DNA of 62,353 bases, filler included, from Asterionella formosa (Eukaryota): NCBI GenBank assembly GCA_002256025.1. It is 21 parts of 21 records of this genome, joined end to end, with 100 filler letters (N's around TTAATTAATTAA, not from the genome) between each part and the next. Parts side by side here need not be neighbours in the genome. Positions count along the whole stretch, not along the records: positions 1 to 2,884 come from NKIB01014701.1; positions 2,985 to 5,867 come from NKIB01014702.1; positions 5,968 to 8,850 come from NKIB01014703.1; positions 8,951 to 11,832 come from NKIB01014704.1; positions 11,933 to 14,814 come from NKIB01014705.1; 16 more parts are not named here. One strand, 5' to 3'. The position numbers and the translations under genes were made by a program. The notes under the pieces were generated by a model. It worked only from the letters and a program-made list of their open reading frames with translations. It was not told the origin of the DNA and searched no databases. Below, one piece after another: positions 1 through 13,687 of the stretch (position 1 is its first letter; the number at the start of each line of letters is the position of its first letter).

Positions 1-1551
1 ATATCAATTGGACATTGAGATCGGTTTGATGCATGCACCAACCACCCCTTCCTTGTCTTGGCAATGCCTTTATGGATACTGACATCAGCAGCATGCAGAG
101 CGAGGAGGTGGAACATCTGGCAGTGCTATTGGTAGCTAGAACCTGCTCTCCTCAGTGACAGACTGTGACATACCAAGCAATCAGTGGTTGTCATTTTGAC
201 TGAACAGGTGCATCACCATCTCATTTATACCATTACACTATGGACTTCATAATCACAATTTTATAGGGATCAGCCATTCCATGACTGGTTTGTACAACCT
301 TCACCTTCTCTCAAAGGGCATTAAATCAGAGCCTTGTCTTCTGGTGCTTGCCATTGAAATCATGTGGTGTTTTGCATGTGCTCTATGAGATTTGGTACCA
401 AACAGTTAAAAACTGATTTGAACCTCCATCGCAATTATTTTATCGCTTTCAACCTTTTTACATATAGAATAGCACATTTTGTCATGAATTTCTGATTGAA
501 TACAAATCTGAAGCGATTCTTCTGTAGCCGAGCATGTAGCGCTTCTCTGTGTGTGAAGGAGCTACTCTGAACATTCAGTTGTATGATCGATATTTTTGTG
601 TGAAAGGGGCAATCAACTTTTTGACAAAATAGATGTTAACCACATCCTCAGGGAGTACAAGCATATGTACACATCCATGAATTAGGTAAACCTTATTATC
701 AAATATGTATTTAGATTTCACATACATTTATTTAGCCCTATAGTTGTAATCATTCCAAGAGTTTGTAGTACCAGTAATTTATGGCGATTATTCACTATGA
801 AACATTGTAATTCGTCTTCCCTATGGAGCATAAATTAATTCTGCATTAAGAAATTTTTACGTATAGCTTTGAACCTCTATAATGGATAAATGCATCATCA
901 TTAACAACACATAGCTTCTGTTGTAACCATAATCCTCCACCTCTTGTGATTATCTGGAACATCTGCGATGATTGAAATTGATACATCAGTGTTAAGTCAT
1001 ACTATCAATCGAACGTAGTTAAACAAAGATTCGAAGCAGTTTTGAACTGGGACCAGTAGATTCTTTCCAACAGAAAAGTGAAGCCAGTGGTCATTCATTT
1101 AGTGATGTTAATTGATTTTTCTTGAGCTGTTCAATTTGTTTTTGCAAGATCATCACCATCCACACAGTTGCGTGCATCTTTTCTCCACTGGATTTCTCAA
1201 TGACAGATGGGAGACCATGCTTGAATGCTACGTCTTTCTTATGATTACTTACTGTTGGGGTCCTTTTAATGAACCCTTTTGCTTGGAGATATTACCTATT
1301 TGCCAAGAGAAGTTGCCATTGTAACCCAAAAACATCTAGTAGTAAGGAGAAATAGTTTTCAAAGTCGTCAAATCGTTACATGAGCAGAAGCATGGACTGA
1401 AATGGAATCCCGAATAACACATCATGGAGCGCTACTGAGCAAGTACTCGAGTACACGATTGAAAGGTGTGGTAGCAATCAATACATAGGGAACCAGCCAC
1501 ATTTCTTCTCTTTGTTCATAATTCTTCTAAGCTACTAGAATCACAAGTAAG

Positions 1552-1675
1552 CAAGGGAATGGCTTAGTGGTCCTTACTAGGCCCATCAGTTCCCTCTGGT
1601 CTGAAGTTGTGTGGTTTGATTCCCGCAATTCTTTTGAAAAGCAATTGTTGGGTTCGATTCCCACACTGCTGGTAC
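1552..1675 (+). pseudogene. tRNA-derived / SINE-like remnant with Pol III A and B boxes
   Basis: A-box TGGCTTAGTGG at 1560-1570, B-box-like GGTTTGATTCC at 1613-1623, second B-box GGTTCGATTCC at 1651-1661. No convincing cloverleaf. Confidence 0.35.
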
Positions 1676-2357
1676 TTACCATCCCGCATGTCCTTGTAGT
1701 ATGGTGAGCAGGAATCATGTGTGGTACATTAGAGGTGGCTGATCATGTATTGAAAAATAAATTCGTTGATGAATTATAGTGGGGAAGCAGAGATACAATT
1801 GATTGTGGGGAGATAGCATTGTTTCAATTTATACTTTCAACACACAGCATGTGCCGTAAAACACCTATCTACTCTGTAGGGATATGAGCCATTCATTTAA
1901 TGAATGTATGAAACTAGGAATATTCACTTTGATTATAATTAAAGCAGAGAAATTTTTTAATTATTATATGGAATCCATTGCCTTTTGAGGAAAGCAAGAG
2001 CAATCGCAATTGATCAGTAGCAGCACGAAGATACAGCAATACCAGCAACTGATATGGCACAGCCAGCGAAGGCCTACCAAGAGGAATTTGAAAGTAGAAA
2101 GAAAACAGAAAGTTGGAGCACCATGGTGACAATACAAGAATTTGGCAAATTTGGTAGCACTTGGAGTTGAGAAGATTGAAATACTGAAGGATTGTTGGAG
2201 TTTTTATGAGCTGGTTGATTGGTGAAGCCCAAAGCAACTACTTTTGCCTTTAAGCTTCTGGCACTGAATAAAATGTAAAAATGCTTTCTGTCACAGGATA
2301 AGTTTACATACCGTGTTCTTAACTTTTATCATTGAGACCCCATCCAGATTATGGCAC

Positions 2358-2882
2358 CTAGCTATTCTTGTTGTCAAGAGCGGTTGCAATAGGTATGACA
2401 TATTCAGCTGGAACAACATAAATTGGTTCCTCAGTTTGCGCCATTTGGTAGGGGGGAGCACTTGGAATGACAGTTGGATTCAAAGCAGGTGGATTTTCAT
2501 ACCCTTTAACCTGGGACCAACAAAAGCATCCAATACTCAGAGGCAGAGTCACCAACAAGGCAATCATACCCCACAACCGAGTTGCAAATATATGAACTGT
2601 GACTACCTCATCGGCCTGAATTAAAATGCAGCTCTGCCTATCTCTTCTGTTCAAAGTGCATTCAGTTGTTGTTTCGCAAGCGGCACTTTTCTGACCTGTC
2701 AAATCAAAGGATGTAAGGTCCACATGATATGTGATTGTCAGTCTGCCATGGCTATTCGAGGCATTGTCATATACAACCACATATGTATCTGAATTTGGTG
2801 CTGTGTATTGAACATGAATAGTTTGTCCCTTGGCTGCATATCGTTCAAGAATGGCTCCCTTGTAAATTTTAGTATCAGCTTC
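2358..2882 (-). CDS. 5'-partial single-pass membrane protein, resembling the APD1-4/DUF4793-type luminal domain
   Basis: Frame is open from the contig edge (EADTKIYKGAILERY...YVVVYDNASNSHG...CETTTEC), followed by a TM segment (LWGMIALLVTLPLSIGCFCW) and a PSAPPY-containing tail. Family resemblance is by eye only. Confidence 0.5.
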   Translation of the reverse strand, partial: EADTKIYKGAILERYAAKGQTIHVQYTAPNSDTYVVVYDNASNSHGRLTITYHVDLTSFDLTGQKSAACETTTECTLNRRDRQSCILIQADEVVTVHIFATRLWGMIALLVTLPLSIGCFCWSQVKGYENPPALNPTVIPSAPPYQMAQTEEPIYVVPAEYVIPIATALDNKNS

Positions 2883-2884
2883 AG

Positions 2885-2984
2885 NNNNNNNNNNNNNNNN
2901 NNNNNNNNNNNNNNNNNNNNNNNNNNNNTTAATTAATTAANNNNNNNNNNNNNNNNNNNNNNNNNNNNNNNNNNNNNNNNNNNN
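2885..2984. other. Artificial contig linker N44-TTAATTAATTAA-N44 (first of 20)
   Basis: Identical 100-nt spacers with stops in all six frames start at 2885, 5868, 8851, 11833, 14815, 17797, 20787, 23772, 26756, 29732, 32710, 35686, 38661, 41634, 44615, 47585, 50553, 53453, 56421 and 59388. Intervening contigs are about 2.8-2.9 kb in roughly descending length, so adjacency across linkers has no biological meaning. Confidence 0.98.
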
Positions 2985-5867
2985 TAGGAAAGAAGAATCC
3001 CGGTATAAATTACCTACTACATATTGAATCGAGTGAATCAAAAAGAATATGGTACCAGAGAAAATTCAGAATTCGAAAACAATCTACGCCAACAGTAAAA
3101 CCCATAATTCTACTAAAACTCTTAGGAACGATTACAATCGATTATGGCAACATCGTTGTTCATATCTACAGCCTATTTGGTCCCTGACATGTCCTTACAG
3201 GATACAAGAAAGCATAGAGTGCTTCGGGACGCAATTTCAACAGTTTTAATAGAATTAGCCGGCCAGGAAGAGCCGTGATACCACAATCAACAACAGGTGG
3301 ACTGTTGAGAGTCCGGAGACAAGATCTGAGGGTACCAGACCATCCAGAGTCTGAAGAAGTCGCACAAGGCGCATCATGAGTGGCAAAGGAAAGTTTACAA
3401 AGAAGGCTCAGGCCAAGTGCAAGTATCAAGCCAAGGGAGGGAGCACAAATGCTTCTCACTCCATCAAGAAGTCAGTTAATGACTATAACTACTACCTCGG
3501 ATCATTGAAGTAGGCATCTGATTATGAGACTACTGCTGAGTACCTCATCAATCACATCAAGAAAGTGTTCGACTATGGCAACGACATAGGAACTGCGCTC
3601 AAGTTGTTAGAACCAATCAACACATCGGCATGGAAACCAAGAATGCAAGTGAGCATTGCAACAACAGAAGAAGATCGCGCTGCAGAGAATCGACAATATG
3701 AGATTGAGTTCAAGGCTGACTATGACACCTACAGTAAAAGGGTACAGGCCTACGAAAATAAGTATACCAAGGCATATGCATTGCTCTGGGAAAGATGCAA
3801 CAAAGCCATGAAGAACAAGATCAAAGCGAGATCTGATTACAATAGGATCGAAAATAACCCAATAACATTGCTTATGGCAATTAAAGAACATGCATTAAAT
3901 TTTCAAGAAAATCAATATTCTATGTCAATCATTTTAGATGTGATGAGAACGTTTTTATTTATAAAGCAAAAGGAAGGAGAAAGTCTACAAGACTACACCA
4001 AAAGATTTCGTGTGGCACGAGATGTGCTCAAGTCACACATGGGAGGACCCATTTTCCTCACCAAGTTCGTTGAAGCCATGGATGGATACAACAAGACTGA
4101 CATCAAGCTATGAGATAAATTTCGCGAACAAGCTTTCAGTCAGTTTATGGCCTATTTATACCTTGATAATGCGGAAAAAGCCAAATATGGATCAATTATG
4201 ACCGGGCTGAACACTCAACAATCACTTGGCAACAATCAATACCCGAAGACCATCACCGAATCAAATAATGTTCTCAGCAACCGTCGGTTTGACATAATAA
4301 ATAAACCCAACAGTCGCAAGAAACCAGGAGATCATAATAAAGACAGAGAACAGAAGGATGCAGGGAAGGAAGACGAAGATGTGAACTTATTGTTTGTACA
4401 GTTGGAAGGAAAATGTTACTGCTGCGGAAAAGCAGGTCACAAATCTCCTTTGTGCAGTGACAAGAACAAACCCAAAGAGGAATGGGCTATCAACAAGGCC
4501 CAAAGCCATGCACATGCACAGGCTTCTACATCAGAGACAAGTACGGTTACCTCTGTTAATTCCAACAACCCACCATCATTACAAGCTTCACAGCAAGCAA
4601 ATGTCAATCAATTTGGATGGGCAGGAGCTCATATGAAACTACAATTTTACCAAGCATCTGAGATGCGTGACTGGATACTATTGGATAATCAATCAAGTGT
4701 CACAGTCTTTTGCAACCCGAAAATGGTTGAAAACATTCGAATGTCAACCAATGGAAGCATGCACCTGGCCACAAATGGTGGATCCATGGTCACTGATATG
4801 AAGGCTGATCTTCCACAATGGGGAGAAGTATGGTTTAATGAAAGGGTAATCACAAACATCTTCAGTTATGCCGAAATGGCAGATAGGTACAGAATTACCT
4901 ATGACTCTGAGAAAGAAGATGCATTCATTGTTCATTTGCCTGACAAACCAGTTCGATTTGAAAGAATTGGGATGAACTTATATGTTTTCAAGCCTCCTAC
5001 AGCAATTAAGGCGGAGAATGCTCAAATGTTTAATACACTTGAAGAAAACAAAACATTTTACACTGAACGTCAATTTCAGAGAGCTAAGCGAGCTTGTGAT
5101 CTATTTCATGCCTTGGGTAAACCATCAATTAATGATTTCAAGGCAATAATTTGTATGAATACGATCAACAATAATCCAGTGACTAACAATGATATCAAAA
5201 TTGCAGAGAAAATTTTTGGACCTGACATTGGAACACTAAAAGGCAAGACAACTTGTTGCAAGCCGCTGCCAGTTGTGGACGACTACATCGAGATTCCTAA
5301 GGAGCATATCCAAGCTCAACGCGAAATGATTCTTTGCATGGATGGAATGAAAGTGAATGGACAATCATTTCTCACAACAATTTCTCGAAACATTATGTAT
5401 AGGACAGCGCAATGGGTCAAGAATCAGACAGCTGAAGTCTATCGAGATGCTTTGATTCAAGTATTCCGTGTTTATAATACCGGAGGATTTAAAATTACAA
5501 CAATCCACTGTGACAACGAGTTTCGACCTTTGATGGAACAAATTTCCAATGAATTTCAAGTCACTATGAACTACGCAAACCCACAAGAACATGTTCCCGA
5601 AGCGGAGCGAAATAATCGAGTGATTAAAGAACGCGTGCGCGCAGCTTATCATCGATTACCTTTCAAACATTTGCCGCGACTGATGATTAAGATTCTAGTC
5701 ACAGAATCTGCAAGGAAACTGAATTTCTTTCCGGCAAAGAATGGGATATCCCCGTATTACAGTCCTCGTATGATTTTACATCAACGAAACCTGGACTATG
5801 CTCGACATTGCCAGTATACATTTGGCACTTATGTCCAAGCACATGAAGAACCTGTGTTTTCAAACAC
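2985..5867 (+). mobile_element. Ty1/copia (CoDi-like) LTR retrotransposon internal fragment, copy A
   Basis: Leader, then gag (zinc knuckle CYCCGKAGHKSPLC), protease (WILLDNQSSVTVF) and integrase core (LCMDGM, IHCDNEF, EHVPEAERNNRVIKER). PBS-like TGGTACCAGAG at 3050-3060. Confidence 0.92.
3376..5867 (+). pseudogene. gag-pol, 3'-truncated, with two in-frame stops
   Basis: A single frame runs from ATG 3376, interrupted by TAG 3511-3513 (CAG in copy B) and TGA 4111-4113. ORFs 3565-4113 and 4147- are in the same frame. Confidence 0.88.
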
Positions 5868-8800
5868 NNNNNNNNNNNNNNNNNNNNNNNNNNNNNNNNN
5901 NNNNNNNNNNNTTAATTAATTAANNNNNNNNNNNNNNNNNNNNNNNNNNNNNNNNNNNNNNNNNNNNGGTCGAGGCAGGTGATGTACAGCGTTTTGTCGA
6001 GCAACTTCACTATCTGCTTGACTCAACTTAAAGAAATAAAAATGTAGTCACTATCATTGACTTATTTGATCAATAATATATTCTACTCCATACTAAAGTC
6101 CCATTTTCCAGCAGGCCCCTGGTAGTGTTCTATTGGCTAAGGGGCGCATGAATTTTGCAATTGTGAAGTGACACCCGTCCCCCTCCTATTTGCCTGTGTT
6201 ATCTTTAACATAGCATGATGATCTTGATGCAACCATACACATATAACTTGTATAGAGGAATACAATTTCAAAACCATCTCCGTCACTTTCAATAAATGTA
6301 ACAACAACAGTATGAAATAGTAGCTCAGAGTAGTACAAACAAATTGAATAAGTATGCATACCAGATGCACTTGCACCATGAACCAGTTCTGCCGAAAAAA
6401 GGAACATGCAGAACATGCATAATTTTCACAAACTCCAACTCTGACACTAGACCAGAAAATATTCAGAATCTAGTGGTAAATGGAAAAATTTTGGCTCCTT
6501 GACTTTTTATCAACAAGTTCAGTAAAAACTTCTCAAGACAAATGAACAATATATATTTCCCAAAGTTGTGAACAAGAGACATGCTAAACATTTGTATTGT
6601 CAGTGACTCCAACACTGATGCTGAAACGGAAAGTAAACATCAGGTGCCAAAACAAAAAACATATCATGAAGTCAATTTGAATTATATTCATAAAATAAAT
6701 TCTCTCTTGATGACCAATTCCAAATCACGATCAAACTTTATCACAACTTGGTTTCAGGCAGGAAGATATTCCGGAAATGGAATTCTCCTTCAAATTTTCG
6801 TATACCATATATAATGCAGTGTCTTGGACCCCGCAATGTACACTGCCTGCTGTGACTGAATCTGACTGAGTTTACTTAGTCCAGGAATATGGTAAGAATT
6901 CCCTTATACTAGACTTTAGTGAATTTTTAAGTTCTACAGGATGGCGCGCTTTTTTCTAATAAATATAAAAATGTTGATCGTCATTTCCGCAAAGTGAAAA
7001 TTGAGAAAGATCTTCACCTTGCAAAAAATTCGCAACTTCACAGTGCTATTGGCGACTTCAATTTTTGTTGTCAATATAGGAAGTGTTATTACATAAAAGT
7101 TAGTAATGATTCATAGCCCATTCATACTCCCCTATTTCTATAGGCAAGTATTCATTGTGCTACTCACCACCAAGACCTGTGCTTCCCTAGTTTTGTTAGC
7201 ATAGGTGAGTCTCCAACCACGTTTTGCGAAAGGTGATCCTGGTCATAGCCGAAGCATTAGGGGATCATATTATCGAGTTCTTTCAGGCTAATTAGGCTGA
7301 TTTCAGTCTCTCGTTGAGGCTCAATATGAAAACCTTTATGTCACTTTCCTTTAAATTTATATAAATTGTTGGATAATACTTTTCTCCAGAATAAAAGGGC
7401 TAGCACTACTGTATAATTCAATGTCATGATCCCCCTCCTGAGGTTGCTGGACCCCCCTGTATATTTTGCTCGAGGTGGCACCAAACACCCAGTAATTTTC
7501 TAGACATAATAGGCAAAGAATCAAGCAATAATTGCGCTATCCTTTCTCGTAGGCACTAGTACATAATTAATTAGCAGAGATATGCGATTCTGCAGTCCCA
7601 GGACAATAAAGACAACCACACTTGATAAGCTCTTGTGCAATGTTGCAGAAGGTTTGTAGTGTCTGTGCGCATTGATTAACATGAAATATATAATAACAAT
7701 GATGATTATTTAATAATGGTTGCGAAATTAGTCATATCTCTTCCTCACATGCAGATGTGAGAATGAGGATGATCGATACCCTATCACCTATCAATTGACA
7801 CTGAGAGCACAGGTAAAATATATGCTCATTTGCTGCTCATATGTCTATTGGAGCGCGAAGTTATATGATTGTTTCGCTTCTTGTATGTTTATAGAAGACA
7901 GCTTGTGAACGATTTTTTCGCCTCAAGTTTGTGTATAGGAAAGTGCCTGATTTCAAAACTTGCGTCATTGTTTTGCTGCACCGTGAGTGAAAAGAAGATC
8001 GCTTGTGATCATAAGTTATGTGATCGTTTTGTTGCACGTGTGTTGAGATTTTACTCATTGAAACACTTTTGCTAACATTGTTTTTATATTCTACAGGAAA
8101 ATGATTTAGGAACCGTCTGTAAATAAAAAGTATCATGCATATAGGATCAACGGTATCGTACGCTAAGTGGCACAGGATTTTCTTATATATGATAATTTTT
8201 GGATCAAAAATATGATCAAGGTATCTTGTATCTATGATGATTTATTAATATGTTACCGACTTTGAAGTATAATGATAATAGGAGCATTATCATCACACAA
8301 TGTATATGAACTGATCAACCTTCTCATATTATTTTCACTTCTCGTGATCACCCGATGTAAATCATTACTACAACGCATCCTAAAATCAGCTCAACTCTAT
8401 GCTATCATGTGAATTGTTTCATCGTAAACATGATCATAATTCTAATCACAAGCATTGTTCAAAATAGATTGAAATGGATCGTAATTTAACTATCAAATTA
8501 AGCAATGCTATCTATGATTCTACAGGCCAGCAACCCAATGTTTCTCTCTCTACTTGGCTCAATGTATATTGATCCTGTCTCGCCCTTTCCTTCCTCTATT
8601 CTGAATCTTGCGCCATGCAGTGCTTAATGTCTCGCATTTGTCCCTGCAATTAGTGACACTCTGAACTCACCGACTATTCCGTTGTTTGATTGGTTTTATT
8701 GTCCTATGCATGCAGTTACAGTTACAATGAGAAGGAATGGTTTGTTAGCTAGTCATGTTACATTGACACAAGAACACGCAATTCCATCGTATCCTCTTGC

Positions 8801-8950
8801 TTCACTTACCACAAATCAATGCAACTGATGCATAAGTCTGTAATAGTAACNNNNNNNNNNNNNNNNNNNNNNNNNNNNNNNNNNNNNNNNNNNNTTAATT
8901 AATTAANNNNNNNNNNNNNNNNNNNNNNNNNNNNNNNNNNNNNNNNNNNN

Positions 8951-11832
8951 TAGGAAAGAAGAATCCCGGTATAAATTACCTACTACATATTGAATCGAGT
9001 GAATCAAAAAGAATATGGTACCAGAGAAAATTCAGAATTCGAAAACAATCTACGCCAACAGTAAAACCCATAATTCTTCCAAAACCTCTAGGAACGATTA
9101 CAATCGATTACGGCAACATCGTTGTTCATATCTACAGCCTATTTGGTCCCTGACATGTCCTTACAGGATACAAGAAAGCATAGAGTGCTTCGTGACGCAA
9201 TTTCAACAGTTTTAGTTGAATAAGCCGGCCAGAGAGAGCCATACATCACAATCAACAACAGGTGGACTGTTGAGAGTCCGGAGACAAGATCTGAGGGTAC
9301 CAGACCATCCAGAGTCTGAAGAAGTCGCACAAGGCGCATCATGAGTGGCAAAGGAAAGTTTACCAAGAAGGCTCAGGCCAAGGGCAAGTTTCAAGCCAAG
9401 GGAGGGAGCACAAATGCTTCTCACTCCATCAAGAAGTCAGTTAATGACTATAACTACTACCTCGGATCATTGAAGCAGGCATCTGATTATGAGACTACTG
9501 CTGAGTACCTCATCAATCACATCAAGAAAGTGTTCGACTATGGCAACGACATAGGAACTGCGCTCAAGTTGTTAGAACCAATCAAGACATCGGCATGGAA
9601 ACCAAGAATGCAAGTGAGCATTGCAACAACAGAAGAAGATCGCGCTGCAGAGAATCAACAATATGAGATTGAGTTCAAGGCTGACTATGACACCTACAGT
9701 AAAAGGGTACAGGCCTACGAAAATAAGTATACCAAGGCATATGCATTGCTCTGGGAAAGATGCAACAAAGCCATGAAGAACAAGATCAAAGCGAGATCTG
9801 ATTACAATAGGATCGAAAATAACCCAATAACATTGCTTATGGCAATTAAAGAACATGCATTAAATTTTCAAGAAAATCAATATTCTATGTCAATCATTTT
9901 AGATGTGATGAGAACGTTTTTATTTATAAAGCAAAAGGAAGGAGAAAGTCTACAAGACTACACCAAAAGATTTCGTGTGGCACGAGATGTGCTCAAGTCA
10001 CAGATGGGAGGACCCATTATCCTCACCAAGTTCGTTGAAGCCATGGATGGATACAACAAGACTGACATCAAGCTATGAGATAAATTTCGCGAACAAGCTT
10101 TCAGTCAATTTATGGCCTATTTATACCTTGATAATGCGGATAAAGCCAAATATGGATCAATTATGACCGGGCTGAACACTCAACAATCACTTGGCAACGA
10201 TCAATACCCGAAGACCATCACCGAATCAAATAATGTTCTCAGCAACCGTCGGTTTGACATAATAAATAAACCCAACAGTCACAAGAAACCAGGAGATCAT
10301 AATAAAGACAGAGAACAAAAGGATGCAGGGAAGGAAGACGAAGATGTGAACTTATTGTTTGTACAGTTGGAAGGAAAATGTTACTGCTGCGGAAAAGCAG
10401 ACCACAAATCTCCTTTGTGCAGTGACAAGAATAAACCCAAAGAGGAATGGGCTATCAACAAGGCCCAAAGCCATGCACATGCACAGGCTTCTACATCAGA
10501 GACAAGTACGGTTATATCTGTTAATTCCAACAACCCACCATCATTACAAGCTTCACAGCAAGCAAATGTCAATCAATTTGGATGGGCAGGAGCTCATATG
10601 AAACTACAATTTTACCAAGCATCTGAGATGCGTGACTGGATACTATTGGATAATCAATCAAGTGTCACAGTCTTTTGCAACCCGAAAATGGTTGAAAACA
10701 TTCGAATGTCAACCAATGGAAGCATGCACCTGGCCACAAATGGTGGATCCATGGTCACTGATATGAAGGCTGATCTTCCACAATGGGGAGAATTATGGTT
10801 TAATGAAAGGGTAATCACAAACATCTTCAGTTATGCCGAAATGGCAGATAGGTACAGAATTACCTATGACTCTGAGAAAGAAGATGCATTCATTGTTCAT
10901 TTGCCTGACAAACCAGTTCGATTTGAAAGAATTGGGATGAACTTATATGTTTTCAAGCCTCCTACAGCAATAAAGGCGGAGAATGCTCAAATGTTTAATA
11001 CACTTGAAGAAAACAAAACATTTTACACTGAACGTCAATTTCAGAGAGCTAAGCGAGCTTGTGATCTATTTCATGCCTTGGGTAAACCATCAATTAATGA
11101 TTTCAAGGCAATAATTTGTATGAATACGATCAACAATAATCCAGTGACTAACAATGATATCAAAATTGCAGAGAAAATTTTTGGACCTGACATTGGAACA
11201 CTAAAAGGCAAGACAACTTGTTGCAAGCTGCTGCCAGTTGTGGACGACTACATCGAGATTCCTAAGGAGCATATCCAAGCTCAACGCGAAATGATTCTTT
11301 GCATGGATGGAATGAAAGTGAATGGACAATCATTTCTCACAACAATTTCTCGAAACATTATGTATAGGACAGCGCAATGGGTCAAGAATCAGACAGCTGA
11401 AGTCTATCGAGATGCTTTGATTCAAGTATTCCGTGTTTATAATACCGGAGGATTTAAAATTACAACAATCCACTGTGACAACGAGTTTCGACCTTTGATG
11501 GAACAAATTTCCAATGAATTTCAAGTCACTATGAACTACGCAAACCCACAAGAACATGTTCCCGAAGCGGAGCGAAATAATCGAGTGATTAAAGAACGCG
11601 TGCGCGCAGCTTATCATCGATTACCTTTCAAACATTTGCCGCGACTGATGATTAAGATTCTAGTCACAGAATCTGCAAGGAAACTGAATTTCTTTCCGGC
11701 AAAGAATGGGATATCCCCGTATTACAGTCCTCGTATGATTTTACATCAACGAAACCTGGACTATGCTCGACATTGCCAGTATACATTTGGCACTTATGTC
11801 CAAGCACATGAAGAACCTGTGTTTTCAAACAC
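8951..11832 (+). mobile_element. Ty1/copia (CoDi-like) LTR retrotransposon internal fragment, copy B
   Basis: Near-identical to 2985-5867, with the same first and last bases. Confidence 0.92.
9341..11832 (+). pseudogene. gag-pol, 3'-truncated, with one in-frame TGA
   Basis: ATG 9341, TGA 10076-10078, then the same frame continues through the zinc knuckle (CYCCGKADHKSPLC), protease and integrase. Confidence 0.88.
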
Positions 11833-11932
11833 NNNNNNNNNNNNNNNNNNNNNNNNNNNNNNNNNNNNNNNNNNNNTTAATTAATTAANNNNNNNNNNNN
11901 NNNNNNNNNNNNNNNNNNNNNNNNNNNNNNNN

Positions 11933-13655
11933 CGGCCTGTACAGTCGACACTTTTGAAACTGCTTTTGCTTTCGCCTTTGCCTTAGAGCATCCGTCACAT
12001 GACCGGAGGGTACCAGAAAGTTCTATCTTCAGTGCTTTGAAGGTAGCACGTAGTGCGGCTTCCCCAATGTGCCCGTAGATATCGTGTGCCTGGTTGATAT
12101 CCTGTGACTTCATTTTGTCCTCCCCACTCATAACTGTATGGGTGTTTGTAGACAAGTTTTTGGTACTATCGGCCCCCTGGGACAATGGGGCAATAATCAT
12201 GGATACGACATCGGCACAACTCGCGCAACTTTCTTTAAAATAATAGAGAACTCCATTGGTCTCTCTGTTAAATGAAATATGTCCTCCACGACCTTTCTTA
12301 ACTGTCATTGTAGACCCTGTGACTGAAAGGTCAAAAACGTCACGGATTAGGACGCCCAAACTGACGACGTTCTTGTGAAACTTAGGCGTGTACAGGACAT
12401 CCTTCAATGTCAAAGTCTTCTCTCCGTTGGTGAGCTTGATGTCACCGCGTTTTGTGCATTTGATTTCCGAGCCATCGCCGACGACAACTGTGACACTGAC
12501 TGGGCGTACATTTGTCATACCGACGTCACTCATTGTGATATGGGCGGTAGCTCCAGTATCAGCGACCCAATTCTCCTGTAGGGCAATAGAGCGAGGAGCA
12601 ACAGCAGAGTCACAAAACTCTTTATTATTAAATTTTACATCACAATCATCAATAATTTCCTCGCAAATACCGACAAAAGTCCACTCTTTATCGTCGTTCT
12701 CGTTGTACTTGTCATTCATATCTTGTTTCTTTTCGTTTGCTTCGATGTCTTCGTAGTCAATCGTACACATGCCAACAAACATGCCGGTCTCTTTCGTTGT
12801 AGTACGTTCTCGTTTGGGTTCAGGGCAATCTTTTGCGATATGTCCGACAGGCTTGTTGCAATTGAAACACTTGACGCCTTTCGGAGGAGGCCTGTTTCTG
12901 TCGCCGTGTGTCTTGTTCTTGACTCGAAAATCGGCTGCCTTGTGTCCTTGCTTGCCGCAAGAGCGGCAGAGTCCTTTGAACTTAGTTCCAAAGGCAGCAA
13001 GAGCAAGTTCGCCATCCGACTTTTCGTTCTTAAACTTGCGTTTGAAGAACGCACGTATCTTGGCCTTAAGGTCTTCTAGTGTTAGGGAGGGCATAGCCTC
13101 AACCATTGTTACCACTTCTGATTACTCCTTAGGTAGTTTATCACGTATGTGGGCAATCATCTCGAGATCCTTCTTTTCGTAAGCAGAATCAATCGTCGCC
13201 ATTCGATTCCTCAACAACTCGAGTTGGATGAACCACTCGTCTGGGTCTTGCGTCTTCCCCTCACAGATGCACTTGTTGAACTGTCCTGACAGTTGGATTA
13301 AGTCGCTTGTAGCATTAGGAACATAGCGAGCCTTGAGGTAGGTCCAAGCAAGGAATGCATCGCCGTCTTGATGATTCTTTGTCTTGGCTTGGTTAACCAA
13401 ACCAAACGCAATCCCAGTGCAACTCATAATCAGAAGCTGGTATGCGCGGTCGTTCATCTCGTAGATTTTCTTGACATCGTCTTTGTCTGTAGTTTCGTAG
13501 ACAGCATCGCTTCATGGATTGGTATCCTTCATGTAGGCATTCTTGAATCCTCTTGTCTTGGCTGGTGCAAGTGTCTTCACACTCCACTCATGCCAATTGG
13601 CGTCCTCGCCATCAAACTTCACAAGGCGAATGGTCTCACCTTTGTCTTCAGTCAT
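11933..13655 (-). pseudogene. Ty1/copia gag-protease-preintegrase, second family, with two in-frame stops
   Basis: A single frame from ATG 13655 (MTEDKGETIRLVKFDGEDANWHEW) has stops at 13512-13514 and 13122-13124. It contains UBN2-like gag, zinc knuckles (CRSCGKQGH, CFNCNKPVGHIAKDC), protease WVADTGATAH and the GAG-pre-integrase HDIYGH...CDGC motif. Confidence 0.9.
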
Positions 13656-13687
13656 GTTGCAAAACGAAGTTGATCCGCTTGCAAGCA

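Noticed and set aside
2929..2940. Regularly spaced TTAATTAATTAA every ~3 kb, superficially array-like
   Set aside because: Always embedded in N44 flanks; an artificial contig joiner, not a CRISPR or biological repeat.
4111..4113. TGA as selenocysteine or an alternative genetic code
   Set aside because: TGA terminates normal genes in this window (bZIP, PIGZ, RRM) and Trp is encoded by TGG; CGA>TGA decay is simpler.
5968..8850. Short ORFs in an AT-rich contig
   Set aside because: No recognisable motifs or coding-like composition; treated as non-coding or decayed.
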